64,000 nucleotides of DNA from Vitreimonas sp. (GCA_035627515.1 DASPLQ010000012.1:714331-778330); one strand, 5' to 3'; shown: positions 1 to 10,624, counted from the first letter of the stretch. Notes: generated from the letters alone by a model not told the origin. Program-made: numbers and translations.

Positions 1-150
<150 letters not shown>

Positions 151-204
151 GAGGCTGAGTTATAATCTGTCACATAATCAATAACTCTGTCCAGTAAGGT
201 GCAT

Positions 205-741
205 ATGGGAAAAGAAGCAGGCTCTAAATCACTAGATTCATTCAAAAAAATCTGGGAAATGACTTGGTCTGAAAAACCTACTCCTGTTTATAGTGACAAT
301 CAACAGTTCGGTAGAAGTTTAGTTTTTTTCAATTTTACTTTAGCTGAAATTGCTCAATATTTGCCAGAGTTAGCGTCTGATTATCGTCTTAATATAATGG
401 AAGTTCATCAGGGCGTCGAAATAGCAACACTGCAAGTCCAAATCGAAGACGAGATAGCGGCACTAATTGATCAACAACGTCTAAATAAAGATGCACTCAT
501 GCAGCTGATAGTGAAGCAAATTCGTAAGCTAATGATACTGCCAGCATATACAGATTTTATGCTGCAAGAAGAAATAGCCTATTTGCTGGAAACAGTTCGA
601 GAGCACGAAGATGAAGGCAAACCAGTTGAAAACTGGATTTTCGCTGAATATTTTGAGGAAGATGGTCAAACTCGCCATCATTTTCGTCAACGGGCGTTAC
701 TTAATCAGATTTTGGCACAAGATACTAGCAGGGCAAATTGA
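205..741 (+). CDS. Hypothetical protein
   Basis: ORF of ~178 aa; ATG at 205 preceded by TAAGGT; no recognisable motif. Confidence 0.6.
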   Translation: MGKEAGSKSLDSFKKIWEMTWSEKPTPVYSDNQQFGRSLVFFNFTLAEIAQYLPELASDYRLNIMEVHQGVEIATLQVQIEDEIAALIDQQRLNKDALMQLIVKQIRKLMILPAYTDFMLQEEIAYLLETVREHEDEGKPVENWIFAEYFEEDGQTRHHFRQRALLNQILAQDTSRAN

Positions 742-746
742 TATTT

Positions 747-1373
747 ATGACATTTGTTTACTTCCACGGCTCGTTTGGCTCACCGGATGAAAACTGGGTG
801 GGGTACCTAGAGCGGGAATTAAACGAGTTAGGTCATCACTTATTAAGGCCTCGCTTTCCGGCTGATGATTGGGACAGAATTACTACTGCTGGGCAAGCTA
901 CACCTCCGCAACGGCAATCGCTTCACAGTTGGATGAGGAGCTTTGATGAGTTCTACGAAACTGAGTTAAAAAATCACGCTCGTGAACCAATGGTTTTCAT
1001 CGGTCATTCACTAGGCCCGGTTTTTATTTTGCACGTTTTAGAAAAATACCAACTTAAAATTGATGCAGCATTTTTTGTAGCACCCTTTTTATCGGCACTT
1101 GCCACCAAGTGGCAGTTTGATCATGTCAATTATTCTTTTTATAAAACGGATTTTGACTTTGCAAATCTTCGCGAATTGATTACTAAATCATATGTGGTTT
1201 ATGGTCATGACGATCCGTATGTGCCTCAGACACGTTTTTTTGAGTTTGCTGACAAAATGGGCAGCGCCATGATTGAAGTCAAAGGTGGTAAACATTTAAG
1301 CAAGTCCGGTGGTTTCACCGAGTTTCCGTTGTTGTTAGAGCTGTGTAAAACTAGAATCTTTGGAGCTAAATAA
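747..1373 (+). CDS. RBBP9/YdeN-family alpha/beta serine hydrolase
   Basis: FHGS..SP.ENW, GHSLG nucleophile elbow, DDPYV, GGKH. Confidence 0.85.
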   Translation: MTFVYFHGSFGSPDENWVGYLERELNELGHHLLRPRFPADDWDRITTAGQATPPQRQSLHSWMRSFDEFYETELKNHAREPMVFIGHSLGPVFILHVLEKYQLKIDAAFFVAPFLSALATKWQFDHVNYSFYKTDFDFANLRELITKSYVVYGHDDPYVPQTRFFEFADKMGSAMIEVKGGKHLSKSGGFTEFPLLLELCKTRIFGAK

Positions 1374-1382
1374 AGGAAGCCT

Positions 1383-2519
1383 ATGTCTGACGTTTATCAA
1401 CAATCAGTTGAGTTACACCAAAAGTATCAAGGCAAGCTAGGTGTCCAATCATTAGTTTCTGTCAAAAATCGTGACGATTTGTCGTTAGCTTATACGCCTG
1501 GTGTAGCTGAGCCTTGTCGAGTAATTGCCAAAGATCCCGACAAATCTTTTGAGTTAACCATGCGAGGCAGAACCGTGGCGGTGATTTCTGATGGTTCGGC
1601 GGTATTGGGGTTGGGGAATATTGGACCGGAAGCTGCCATGCCAGTTATGGAAGGTAAATCGTTATTAATGAAAGAGTTTGGAGGTGTGGACTCAATTCCA
1701 CTGGTCATCGCTACACAAGATACTCAAGAAATTATTAAGTTCGTTAAACAAGTGGCCCCTTCATTTGCTGGTATTAATTTAGAAGATATTTCAGCCCCAC
1801 GGTGTTTTGAAGTGGAAAGTGCTTTACAAGACATTGGTATTCCCGTATTTCATGACGACCAAGATGGAACAGCCATTGTGGTCACTGCGGCTCTAAGAAA
1901 TGCTGCCAAAGTGGTGGGCAAGAAATTTGAGGAGCTCAGTATTGTGATCGTAGGTGCGGGTGCGGCTGGCTTAGCGACGGCTAAGATGTTACAGAGCGTG
2001 GGCGACGTGGTAGTCGTGGATAGTAAGGGAGCACTTAGTTTGGACCGAACTGACCTTAATCCCTATAAACGAGCCTTTGCCGAAATTTCTAATAAGCAAC
2101 AAAAGTCAGGAGATTTAGCAACTGTGTTGCAAGGCGCTGACGCGGTAATTGGAGTGTCAGGCCCGGGGATTATTACTAAAGAAATGGTATCCAGCATGGC
2201 CGATCAAGCCATCGTAATGGCCATGGCCAATCCGGTGCCAGAAATCATGCCAGCGTTAGCTAAAGAAGCCGGTGCCATGGTGGTGGCAAGCGGACGGAGT
2301 GATTTTCCTAATCAAATTAATAATGTGTTGGCATTTCCGGGTATTTTCCGAGCGGTGGTTGAAGCCCGTTTACCACGAATTACCAAAGAAATGAAGTTTG
2401 CAGCGGCTGAGGCCATTGCCAGCTGTATCCCTGAGCCTACTGCTGACCGTATTATCCCTGAGCCCTTTTTCCCTGATCTTTCTAAAATAGTAGCAGAAGC
2501 AGTTAAGAAAGTTGCCTAG
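1383..2519 (+). CDS. NAD(P)-dependent malic enzyme (short form, no PTA domain)
   Basis: [57 protein letters not shown]. Confidence 0.95.
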   Translation: MSDVYQQSVELHQKYQGKLGVQSLVSVKNRDDLSLAYTPGVAEPCRVIAKDPDKSFELTMRGRTVAVISDGSAVLGLGNIGPEAAMPVMEGKSLLMKEFGGVDSIPLVIATQDTQEIIKFVKQVAPSFAGINLEDISAPRCFEVESALQDIGIPVFHDDQDGTAIVVTAALRNAAKVVGKKFEELSIVIVGAGAAGLATAKMLQSVGDVVVVDSKGALSLDRTDLNPYKRAFAEISNKQQKSGDLATVLQGADAVIGVSGPGIITKEMVSSMADQAIVMAMANPVPEIMPALAKEAGAMVVASGRSDFPNQINNVLAFPGIFRAVVEARLPRITKEMKFAAAEAIASCIPEPTADRIIPEPFFPDLSKIVAEAVKKVA

Positions 2520-2527
2520 CTCAACCT

Positions 2528-3364
2528 ATGTCTAAAGTCTTAGTGACCGGTGCCAGCAGTTACGCCGGAGCCAAAATCTATACCGATTTGCAGTCACACC
2601 TTGAGGTGGTGGGAACATATTACACTCACCAGTTATTTCCGGAGCTAATTAAGTTAGATTTGACCAAGCCGAGTGAAGTTGAAACAGTTCTGACGAACAT
2701 CAAACCTGAGGTCATCGTTCATGTTGCTAATCATTCTAGTGGCAGCTGGTGTAAGAAACATCCGCAAGAAACTGAACAGCTAAATTATCAAGCTACTCAG
2801 ACCTTGGTGGATTTGGCTAATAAGTTAGCAGCGCAGCTAATTTATATCTCATCATTTGCTCCCTTAAATACTCCACCGGGGACAGACATCTATGCCGACT
2901 CTAAAATGAACGCTGAGAAGTATATTAATCAGACCTCAAATAATTACGTGATTGTCCAACCATCCGAGATTTATGGCTGGAGTCCTAACACTACTAATGA
3001 TCGGCCATTTAATCGTTTGCTGAAAAATATTCACAACCATGAAAATGGCGCTTATGACAATTTTTGGCAGTTTCAGCCCACCTACCTGAAGCATCTTTCT
3101 GAAGTCATTGCTGCAGTCATTACTAAAAAAATAAGTGGCCAAACTATTCCGGTGGCAGTCCATAAAAAAGTTACCCGCTACGAGTTGGCTAAAGATCTTT
3201 TTAAAGCTTTTGATTTACAAGTCGAGCCAATCGATGAAAATCGCGGCAGTAATACCTTCCAGGATAATCTCGAAAAACTTAATGAACTACATTTGCCCAC
3301 GTATACTTACGACCAAGTTATCGAAGAAATTATTCAGGAAATAAAGGAGCATCATGGCCAGTAA
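2528..3364 (+). CDS. RmlD-like NAD(P)-dependent sugar-nucleotide reductase/epimerase (extended SDR)
   Basis: VLVTGASSYAG, YISS, YADSK (YxxxK), FQPTY. Confidence 0.75.
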   Translation: MSKVLVTGASSYAGAKIYTDLQSHLEVVGTYYTHQLFPELIKLDLTKPSEVETVLTNIKPEVIVHVANHSSGSWCKKHPQETEQLNYQATQTLVDLANKLAAQLIYISSFAPLNTPPGTDIYADSKMNAEKYINQTSNNYVIVQPSEIYGWSPNTTNDRPFNRLLKNIHNHENGAYDNFWQFQPTYLKHLSEVIAAVITKKISGQTIPVAVHKKVTRYELAKDLFKAFDLQVEPIDENRGSNTFQDNLEKLNELHLPTYTYDQVIEEIIQEIKEHHGQ

Positions 3365-4637
3365 CCCTCATAAAAATGCGGTCAAACAGCTTGATCATGT
3401 GGCAGGCCTACTCAGCAAACAGTACGACGGAAAGCTCAACCAACGTTTTCAGGCAGCTATTAACAAACTTAAAACCCCTGACCGTGTTTTAGAAACAGAA
3501 CTTAAAGTGAAGATGGATGACGGTAAAACAAAAACGTTTCAAGCCTATCGCTCTCAACACAACAATGCCCGAGGACCATACAAAGGTGGGATTCGCTTTC
3601 ACCCTGGTGTCACTAAAGAAGAGGTGATGGCCCTCTCTACCTGGATGACATGGAAATGTGCAGTAACCGGTATTCCGTATGGTGGTGGTAAAGGGGGAGT
3701 AATTGTCGATCCACAAACATTAAGTGCCACTGAGTTGCAAAATCTAAGCCGTGCTTATGCTCGTTTTATTGCTGAACACATTGGTCCCTGGACAGATATT
3801 CCGGCTCCTGACGTCAATACCAATGGTCAAATTATGGCTTGGATGGTGGACGAGTGGGAACAAGTGATGACCAAAAACTTGGGCCAAGTCCTCGAGAATC
3901 CCTGGGCCACATTTACGGGCAAGCCTCTTAATTTGGGTGGCTCGCAAGGTCGGGAAGAAGCAACGGGGTTGGGCGGAGTGATTACACTCAAAGAAGCTAG
4001 TTTTAACATGGGACTATTGCCCCGAGAAACCACTGTGGCTGTCCAAGGTTTTGGGAATGTGGGGTACTGGTTTGCCTTTCATGCTCAGCAAAGAGGTTAT
4101 AAAGTAGTGGCATTGTCTGATTCCAAAGGCGCTGTTTATAAGCGTGGAGGCTTTGATTTGGAGACTGTCATGGCTCATAAACAGAAGACAGGCTCACTCA
4201 AAGGATTAGGTGATGAGTTGACCAATGAAGAATTACTAGAACTTAAAGTTAATGTCCTCGTGCCCGCAGCCTTGGAGAACGTGATTACGGCTGAAAATGC
4301 AGACAAAATCAAAGCCCAATTAATTGTGGAGATGGCCAATGGACCGGTTACACCCGAAGCAGATCCGATTTTATTTGCTAAAGATATTACCGTCATTCCT
4401 GATGTGTTAGCTAATGCGGGTGGCGTGACGACCTCATACTTTGAGTGGGTGCAAAACCTGCACGGTTATTACTGGTCACATCAAGACGTGGTGGCAAAAT
4501 TGGAACCGCTCATGAAACAAGCTTTTGATCAAATGTGGCTGATGAAAGAGAAAACTCACCAAGATGGACGGACCGCTACCTACTTAAACGCAGTTAAATC
4601 AGTTGTGGATACCATGATTCTACGCGGTAGAGTATAA
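3354..4637 (+). CDS. gdhA: Glu/Leu/Phe/Val dehydrogenase (glutamate dehydrogenase)
   Basis: [52 protein letters not shown]. Confidence 0.95.
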   Translation: MASNPHKNAVKQLDHVAGLLSKQYDGKLNQRFQAAINKLKTPDRVLETELKVKMDDGKTKTFQAYRSQHNNARGPYKGGIRFHPGVTKEEVMALSTWMTWKCAVTGIPYGGGKGGVIVDPQTLSATELQNLSRAYARFIAEHIGPWTDIPAPDVNTNGQIMAWMVDEWEQVMTKNLGQVLENPWATFTGKPLNLGGSQGREEATGLGGVITLKEASFNMGLLPRETTVAVQGFGNVGYWFAFHAQQRGYKVVALSDSKGAVYKRGGFDLETVMAHKQKTGSLKGLGDELTNEELLELKVNVLVPAALENVITAENADKIKAQLIVEMANGPVTPEADPILFAKDITVIPDVLANAGGVTTSYFEWVQNLHGYYWSHQDVVAKLEPLMKQAFDQMWLMKEKTHQDGRTATYLNAVKSVVDTMILRGRV

Positions 4638-4671
4638 TAGCGCATTCACGCATCCTAAGAGGTACTTTTCT

Positions 4672-5763
4672 ATGGCTATTCCCAAAGCTGTCCAACGAGA
4701 TATTGAAGAACTGCTCAAAAAGGGCAAACAAGCTGGGTTCATCACTCAAGATGATGTTCTCGAAGCGTTTGTCGAGCCTGAGCTGTATATTGATGAGCTC
4801 GATGAGTTTTATGACCGCGTCATTAGCGAAGGTATCGATATCTTTGAGTCAGTCTCTGATGATGCCCAAGGTGAAGACGCCGACGTCTTGCAACGTGAGC
4901 TAGAAGTCTTATCTTCGCTTGATTCTGATGGTGTGTCTGACCCTGTCAGAATGTACCTCAAGGAAATTGGTCGCATTCCGCTTTTAAATCGTGAAGAAGA
5001 AATTCGTTTGGCTCAAAAAGCCGAGTCTGGTGATCTCAAAGCCAAAGAAAAACTGACAGCCTCTAACTTACGGTTAGTGGTCTCAATTGCCAAGAAATAC
5101 ATTGGTCGTGGCATGACGTTCTTGGATTTGATCCAAGAGGGCAACAAAGGTCTCATTCGGGCCGTCGAAAAGTACGACTGGACCAAAGGTTTTAAATTCT
5201 CAACCTACGCTACCTGGTGGATTCGCCAGGCTATTACGCGGGCCATCGCTGACCAGGCTCGGACCATCCGGATTCCGGTCCACATGGTGGAAACCATCAA
5301 TAAATTGATGCGCACCGCCCGTAAGTTGATGCAAGACCTCGGTCGTGAGCCAACTCCAGAGGAGATTGCCACCGCCATGGGCGACATGGATGCTGATAAG
5401 GTTCGTGAAATTCTCAAGATTTCTCAAAATACCACCTCATTGGAATCTCCAGTGGGTGAAAGTGATGATGACAGCGTCTTAGGCGACTTCATCGCTGATG
5501 AGCGACAAATTTCGCCTTACGAAGCTACCAGTCAACAAATGTTGCGTGAGAATGTGGAAGAGGTCCTGTCCGCACTCTCCGACCGAGAAGCTAAAGTCCT
5601 CAAAATGCGCTTTGGATTAAGTGGCAACAAGATGATGACTCTCGAAGAAGTGGGCCAAAAATTTGGCGTCACTCGCGAGCGGATCCGACAAATTGAAGCC
5701 AAGGCTCTGCGCAAGCTCAAACATCCTTCTCGACGAAAGATGCTGCAAGATTTCTTGGAGTAA
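4672..5763 (+). CDS. rpoD: Primary sigma-70 factor
   Basis: [67 protein letters not shown]; TATAAT at 4633-4638 and AAGAGGT RBS. Confidence 0.97.
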   Translation: MAIPKAVQRDIEELLKKGKQAGFITQDDVLEAFVEPELYIDELDEFYDRVISEGIDIFESVSDDAQGEDADVLQRELEVLSSLDSDGVSDPVRMYLKEIGRIPLLNREEEIRLAQKAESGDLKAKEKLTASNLRLVVSIAKKYIGRGMTFLDLIQEGNKGLIRAVEKYDWTKGFKFSTYATWWIRQAITRAIADQARTIRIPVHMVETINKLMRTARKLMQDLGREPTPEEIATAMGDMDADKVREILKISQNTTSLESPVGESDDDSVLGDFIADERQISPYEATSQQMLRENVEEVLSALSDREAKVLKMRFGLSGNKMMTLEEVGQKFGVTRERIRQIEAKALRKLKHPSRRKMLQDFLE

Positions 5764-5781
5764 TTGCTAGTTCTCTAATTG

Positions 5782-5910
5782 CTAATTGGATAATTTAAGC
5801 TTCTTTATTGAGGAAATGTGTATTTTAATTAGCTCTTCGTTTTCATTAAGTACTGGTCTTGAAACTGCTTCTTGAGCTTCCACAAAATTAGCCCAAATTG
5901 AATTACCTCG
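5782..5910 (-). pseudogene. Four-helix-bundle (S23/IVS/bAvd-like) gene remnant, internally deleted
   Basis: Minus frame reads ...GNSIWANFVEAQEAVSR|PVLNENEELIKIHISSIKKLKLSN*; no start codon; TAATTGCTA repeats at 5761 and 5776. Confidence 0.65.
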
Positions 5911-6010
5911 ACCACGATAAGTATGGCAAGAGGCTAATTAAAAGCGATTTTCCTCTGAAGGCAAGTGACGGCTGAGACGGGATATCTCTTTGAAACAGGT
6001 GTATATACAC

Positions 6011-6226
6011 TGGCATTATTGTGGCACGATCATGCACTATTTATGCTAGCGTAAAAATGAGGTTCTGTTTAGGAGTGTGTCAGCGAAAAGGTCTTTTGTT
6101 GAGCTCGTGTTTTTTCGTTTGTATGAATATTGGCAAAAATCATACAACGGACACAAAACTTCCTTCAAAATGGTACCCTCACAAACCTGTTTTTTATAGA
6201 TTGTGCGATTATTAACAAAAATGCCA
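6011..6226 (+). ncRNA. Candidate long rod-like structured RNA (6S/SsrS-like)
   Basis: Nested pairings: TGGCATTATTGT/ACAAAAATGCCA, GCAC/GTGC, AGGTT/AACCT, TTTTGT/ACAAAA, TGTATGA/TCATACA; G-U wobbles favour the + strand. Confidence 0.4.
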
Positions 6227-6307
6227 CTTACCAAACCTTCACTTGTCTCTAGCCTTGATCACACATACTTTCCTTAGACTATCCATCAGATCTAACGAAA
6301 GGAATGT

Positions 6308-6505
6308 ATGAACATCATTATCAAAGTTATCTTAGCTTTTGTTTTTCCACCTTTGGCTGCCTTGATGGAAGTTGGTTTAAGTTTCCACTTTGTCTTAAAT
6401 GTGGTCTTAACCTTATTCGGCTGGCTTCCCGGAGCTCTTCATGCCTTGTGGTTAGTTTATTCCGCCAATAACTCAGGTAATTATAGTGACCCTGTCACGC
6501 TGTAA
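6308..6505 (+). CDS. YqaE/Pmp3-family small membrane protein
   Basis: ILAFVFPPLA...LNVVLTLFGWLPGALHALWLV; AAAGGA RBS. Confidence 0.9.
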   Translation: MNIIIKVILAFVFPPLAALMEVGLSFHFVLNVVLTLFGWLPGALHALWLVYSANNSGNYSDPVTL

Positions 6506-6582
6506 ATTCAATCATGGTTTTCGGGAAATGGCGCGAGTTCACTGATTGTGTTATAGCAGCCGCTGCCTTACAGTAAGCACTG

Positions 6583-7920
6583 ATGAATACCGTTCTTTCT
6601 CTTTCGAAGCTAGAGTTTAACGAGCAATTTAGCCAGGCTCTCGAAATTCTCGAAAAAAGTACCCAACATGTTTTTATCACTGGTCGTGCGGGGACTGGCA
6701 AATCTACCCTGCTCAGTTACTTTCGCCAGCAGACGCAACAAGCCTATGTGGTGGCCGCTCCCACCGGAGTGGCGGCGCTCAACGTCCAAGGAGAAACTAT
6801 TCACTCCTTATTTAAATTTTGGCCGAATATCACTGTCGCTGAAGCCAAGAAGCAAGCCTATAAAGCCCACAAGAAACGAGAGCTTTTTCAAAACCTCCAG
6901 ATTTTAGTCATCGATGAAATTTCGATGGTGAGAGCTGATTTGATGGATGCGATGGATATTTTTTTGCAAACCATCCGCGCTAATGATACGCCGTTTGGTG
7001 GTGTGCGCTTAATTGCCTTTGGTGATCTCTATCAATTACCACCGGTTTTAAATCGTGAAGAAGAGATTGCCTTTAGTTTGATTTATCCTTCTCCCTATTT
7101 TTTTGATTCCGAAGTTTTTCAACGCTTGTTGCAGATGCAACCATCACCTCTGACAGTGATTGAACTCCAGACAATTTATCGCCAATCTGAGCAAGAATTT
7201 ATTGAGGTTTTGAATGGGATTAGAGATAAGACCCTGACCTCTGAGCAATTAAACATCCTTAATCGCCGAGTCAATGATGAGTGGGCTGAACACCTAGATA
7301 CGGCAATTGTGTTGACTGCCACTAATTATCAGGCAGAACACATCAATACTCGCCAACTGCAAGCTTTAGATGCTGAACCATGGTTTTATCAGGGCTCGAT
7401 TACCGGCAGTTTTGATAAGCCCAGTTTTCCCACCGATGAAGTGATCACGCTGAAACCTGGAGCCAGAGTGATGATGGTTAATAATGACGCTGACAAACGC
7501 TGGGTCAATGGCAGTATGGGCCGGGTAGTCAAGTTTCAACCCAAGCCAGACAATCCTGCTGCCACCTTAGTGATTGTTAAGCTCGATAGTGGTGAAGAGG
7601 TGGAGGTGGCACCGTATTCATGGGAAATCAGCCAATCTATTTATAATCAAGAAACGAACACGATTGAGAGAGAAGTGATTGGCAGTTTTTCTCAATATCC
7701 TCTGCGGTTAGCGTGGGCAGTGACGATTCATAAAAGCCAAGGTAAAACTTTTACCAAAGTCATTGTGGATCTTGGTCGTCAAGCGTTTGCAGCGGGGCAG
7801 ACGTATGTGGCCTTAAGTCGCTGCACCTCTTTGGGTGGCCTCCATCTGGTACGTCCCCTCCGAGACAACGATATTCAGCTCGATTCTCGAATTCTCTCTT
7901 TTCTCAAGACACTTAAATAA
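6583..7920 (+). CDS. PIF1-family (SF1B) DNA helicase
   Basis: TGRAGTGKS, APTGVAA, DEISMV, GDLYQLPPV, YRQ, QYPLRLAWAVTIHKSQG, GQTYVALSR. Confidence 0.92.
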   Translation: MNTVLSLSKLEFNEQFSQALEILEKSTQHVFITGRAGTGKSTLLSYFRQQTQQAYVVAAPTGVAALNVQGETIHSLFKFWPNITVAEAKKQAYKAHKKRELFQNLQILVIDEISMVRADLMDAMDIFLQTIRANDTPFGGVRLIAFGDLYQLPPVLNREEEIAFSLIYPSPYFFDSEVFQRLLQMQPSPLTVIELQTIYRQSEQEFIEVLNGIRDKTLTSEQLNILNRRVNDEWAEHLDTAIVLTATNYQAEHINTRQLQALDAEPWFYQGSITGSFDKPSFPTDEVITLKPGARVMMVNNDADKRWVNGSMGRVVKFQPKPDNPAATLVIVKLDSGEEVEVAPYSWEISQSIYNQETNTIEREVIGSFSQYPLRLAWAVTIHKSQGKTFTKVIVDLGRQAFAAGQTYVALSRCTSLGGLHLVRPLRDNDIQLDSRILSFLKTLK

Positions 7921-7924
7921 ACGC

Positions 7925-7953
7925 TTGGCTAAGAATTGTTTTCCTGATAAAAT
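7925..7953 (+). promoter_or_regulatory. Sigma-70 promoter of tRNA-Asn
   Basis: TTGGCT-17 bp-TAAAAT with TGn extension. Confidence 0.6.
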
Positions 7954-7973
7954 CAACGTTCGTTGAACCTCAA

Positions 7974-8045
7974 TCCCCGATAGCTCAATGGCAGAGCAAT
8001 TCGCTGTTAACGAAAAGGTTCTAGGTTCGAATCCTAGTCGGGGAG
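7974..8045 (+). tRNA. tRNA-Asn (GTT), CCA not encoded
   Basis: Acceptor TCCCCGA/TCGGGGA, D arm GCTC/GAGC, anticodon arm TTCG-CTGTTAA-CGAA, T arm CTAGG-TTCGAAT-CCTAG, discriminator G. Confidence 0.97.
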
Positions 8046-8113
8046 CTTCTGTTTTCCATCGAGTAAAATTTCCATAGCCCTCTTGGGTTCCGAACCTTTG
8101 TTATACTTCACTC

Positions 8114-8746
8114 ATGAAAATTAACAAAAAGTTTCAATCAACTGTTGAAGCATATAATCAATTTGCTCCTCAGTTTATTAAACATCTAGAAGCAAAAGTA
8201 TCAAATATTGAGATGGATAAATTTGATAGTCACGTTCAAGGAGGATATATCCTTGATGCTGGATGTGGTTCATGCAGAGACGCAGCCCAACTTATAAAGA
8301 GGGGTTATAAAGTTCTGGGGATTGATGCTTCAGAAGGGCTGTTGAATGAAGCAAAGAAAATTCATCCCGAGGTACCTACTCAGTTAATGAGTTTGACAGA
8401 ACTGGAATTTGAAACAGTGACTTTCAATGGGGTGTGGTGTAGGGCGACGCTGCTCCATATTGATAGAGATGAAGTACCTAAAGTTCTGTCGAATTTTCAC
8501 AAAATTTTGAAATCTCAAGGCATTTTATATATACAAACAAAAAAAGGTGAAGGAGAAGGAACTCAACCAGTCCCATTTGATCCATCTATGACACGCTTTT
8601 TCACTTTTTTTGAAGAAAAAGAACTATGTCAATTAGTTACTAATGCTGGATTTGAAATTGTAGAAAGTTATACGTACGACACCAAAGATAGAGAAAAGAG
8701 TGCTAAGGGACAAGAGTGGGTAGTAATTTTTGCAAGAAAGATTTAA
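8114..8746 (+). CDS. Class I SAM-dependent methyltransferase
   Basis: ILDAGCGSCRD, GIDAS, FNGVWC..TLLH. Confidence 0.9.
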   Translation: MKINKKFQSTVEAYNQFAPQFIKHLEAKVSNIEMDKFDSHVQGGYILDAGCGSCRDAAQLIKRGYKVLGIDASEGLLNEAKKIHPEVPTQLMSLTELEFETVTFNGVWCRATLLHIDRDEVPKVLSNFHKILKSQGILYIQTKKGEGEGTQPVPFDPSMTRFFTFFEEKELCQLVTNAGFEIVESYTYDTKDREKSAKGQEWVVIFARKI

Positions 8747-8805
8747 TTATTATTGAACAAGTTTAGCTTAAGGGGAGATAATAGTTTGTTTTTTCAAACG
8801 ATGTA

Positions 8806-8840
8806 GTTCGGTAATCTTTCCACAAAGTGAGCTCCTGTTT
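8806..8840 (+). repeat. Junction site B (tRNA-3'-like)
   Basis: GTTCGG TAATCTTT CCACA AAGT GAGCTCCTGTTT; compare GAGCTTCTGTTT after the tRNA. Confidence 0.7.
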
Positions 8841-8871
8841 TTAACCTCAACACTTTTTATATAATAATCTC

Positions 8872-9234
8872 ATGTCAATAAAGAACAAGATGACTGGGGA
8901 TTTTAGTGATAAGCCTACAACGCAAACTTTTTTTGTCGCTATAACCAAATATATTGAATCACTAGGTCTAACCAATAAAGAAGTGAAAGCTCAAGTAAGT
9001 TACGGTGTAAACAGGAAATTTATATGGTTGTGGGCGTACGACAGAACACCCGATGGGATTCTTTACATGACCGTTTGCTTAGATAAAAAAATTGACGACT
9101 CCCACTTTCACAATGTTACGCAGATAAGCAAAAATCGTTGGAATCATCATGTCGAAGTAAGATCACAAGCAGCAGCAACAAGCGGCTGGTTACGTCTGCT
9201 TATCCATGAGGGATATGAGTTTGCTAAGAAATAA
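8872..9234 (+). CDS. DUF5655-like protein
   Basis: KAQVSYG..RKFIWLW, ISKNRWNHHVEV, WLRLLIHEGYEFA. Confidence 0.65.
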   Translation: MSIKNKMTGDFSDKPTTQTFFVAITKYIESLGLTNKEVKAQVSYGVNRKFIWLWAYDRTPDGILYMTVCLDKKIDDSHFHNVTQISKNRWNHHVEVRSQAAATSGWLRLLIHEGYEFAKK

Positions 9235-9238
9235 GTCT

Positions 9239-9262
9239 TAACTACTTCCAACATAGGGAGCA
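9239..9262 (+). repeat. Junction site C
   Basis: TAACTACTTCCAACATAGGGAGCA; 20/24 identical to site G. Confidence 0.6.
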
Positions 9263-9329
9263 TTAGTCTTCACTCAAGAACTGTTCTTGTCTCCCACTCA
9301 ACTTTTAAACTTTTGTTATACTTGGGACT

Positions 9330-9848
9330 ATGGCCCAATCTTTAGTTCGAAATGCCACTTCAGCCGATGCTTTAGCTATTGCCCAGATCCATGTTAAAAC
9401 ATGGCAATGTACATATCGGGGCCAAGTTCCGGATAGTTTTCTCGATTCGATGTCAGTTCAGCAAAGGAAAGAAGATTGGCAAAAAGCACTAGATAATCCA
9501 GCAAAAGATATCTATGCACTTGTTGCAGAAGTAGATAGCAAAATTGTGGGTTGGTGTACTGGCGGGGTTAACAGAGATGAAGATGTAGATAAAGATACTG
9601 GAGAGCTTCACGGAATTTATATTGACCCAGAATATATAGCCAAAGGTGTGGGTACAGCCCTAATGGAATATCTTCTCCAGCTGTTAAGAAAAGATGGCTA
9701 CAAAAAAGCGACCTTGTGGGTTCTCGATACTAATCAACAAACGAGAGAGTTTTACGAAAAGAAGGGCTGGCGCGTAGAGGGAAGAACGAAGGTAGAGCCA
9801 AGAGACGGTTTTTCACTGAATGAAGTAAGATACATTATTGAGCTATAA
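9330..9848 (+). CDS. GNAT N-acetyltransferase
   Basis: AIAQIHVKTW..TYRG, GELHGIYIDP, KGVGTALM, LWVLDTN...FYEKKGW. Confidence 0.92.
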   Translation: MAQSLVRNATSADALAIAQIHVKTWQCTYRGQVPDSFLDSMSVQQRKEDWQKALDNPAKDIYALVAEVDSKIVGWCTGGVNRDEDVDKDTGELHGIYIDPEYIAKGVGTALMEYLLQLLRKDGYKKATLWVLDTNQQTREFYEKKGWRVEGRTKVEPRDGFSLNEVRYIIEL

Positions 9849-9862
9849 AAAATTTTCACGAT

Positions 9863-10624
9863 ATGACTTCAACTAATGTATCGGTAGCCGCTTTTCAAGG
9901 TCAAGCTATTTATAGTGATATTCCTAAAGCGCTTAAGGTAATCAAAGAAACACTTCAATGGGCTGAGAGCAAAGGTGTGGATATACTCTGTTTTCCAGAA
10001 TGTTACTTGCAAGGCTATACGTGGAGTGAAGAAATATCTCGTAAGGTGAGCATTGAGTTACATTCAGCAGATTTTAAACACATCCTTGAACAACTTCATA
10101 GCTATAAAACCACGGTAATATTAGGAGTAATAGAGAGAGACGCTGAGAAAATCTACAATACCGCAGTTGTAATAGAAAAAGGTAAACTCTTAGGTAAATA
10201 TCAAAAATGTCACATTCACAATAAAGAAGAGTTTTTTACATGTGGAACTGCGTATCCCATCTTTAAAAAGAAAGGCATAAAGTATGGAATTAATATCTGC
10301 TATGACTCAAGATTCCCTGACTCAACAGAAGCGTTAGCTAAACAAGGTGCTCAAGTTATTTTCAGCCCTTTAAATAATAGCTTGCCTCACGCCAAAGCTG
10401 ATGATTGGAAAGACAAGCACTTACCCTACTTTATTGAAAAAGCAAAACAAAGTGGTTGTTGGATTGTTACATCAGATGTGGTTGATAATTCAGAAACTCA
10501 CACCGGTTATGGTTGTACAGCTTTGGTTAGCCCAGATGGAAAGGTGATTGAGTATTTAGAACATTCCAAGCAAGGGAATTTTCTGAGAAAACTAAGTTTG
10601 TTCGAAAATCGTTCCAAAGAGTGA
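9863..10624 (+). CDS. Carbon-nitrogen hydrolase (nitrilase superfamily)
   Basis: Catalytic E-K-C: FPECY, YQKCH, ICYD. Confidence 0.9.
   Translation: MTSTNVSVAAFQGQAIYSDIPKALKVIKETLQWAESKGVDILCFPECYLQGYTWSEEISRKVSIELHSADFKHILEQLHSYKTTVILGVIERDAEKIYNTAVVIEKGKLLGKYQKCHIHNKEEFFTCGTAYPIFKKKGIKYGINICYDSRFPDSTEALAKQGAQVIFSPLNNSLPHAKADDWKDKHLPYFIEKAKQSGCWIVTSDVVDNSETHTGYGCTALVSPDGKVIEYLEHSKQGNFLRKLSLFENRSKE

Noticed and set aside
6021-6234. Two short opposite-strand ORFs
   Set aside because: No RBS or motifs; better explained by the folded RNA candidate
6509-6577. Short palindromes upstream of the PIF1 helicase (CAATCA/TGATTG, GCAGCCGCTGC, CTTACAGTAAG)
   Set aside because: Short with 1-nt loops and no family match; may be chance or a weak terminator
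6583-7920. PIF1 helicase as the Gabija-like partner of the OLD nuclease or as array machinery
   Set aside because: It is 7.6 kb away, outside the island, has host-like composition and is not UvrD-type; a role cannot be supported from sequence alone
8766-8780. GCTTAAGGGGAGATA as another junction site
   Set aside because: Only GGGGAG matches; it lacks the TCC/CCACA and TTCG elements
9275-9289. CAAGAAC-T-GTTCTTG palindrome upstream of the GNAT gene
   Set aside because: Single occurrence with no cognate regulator nearby
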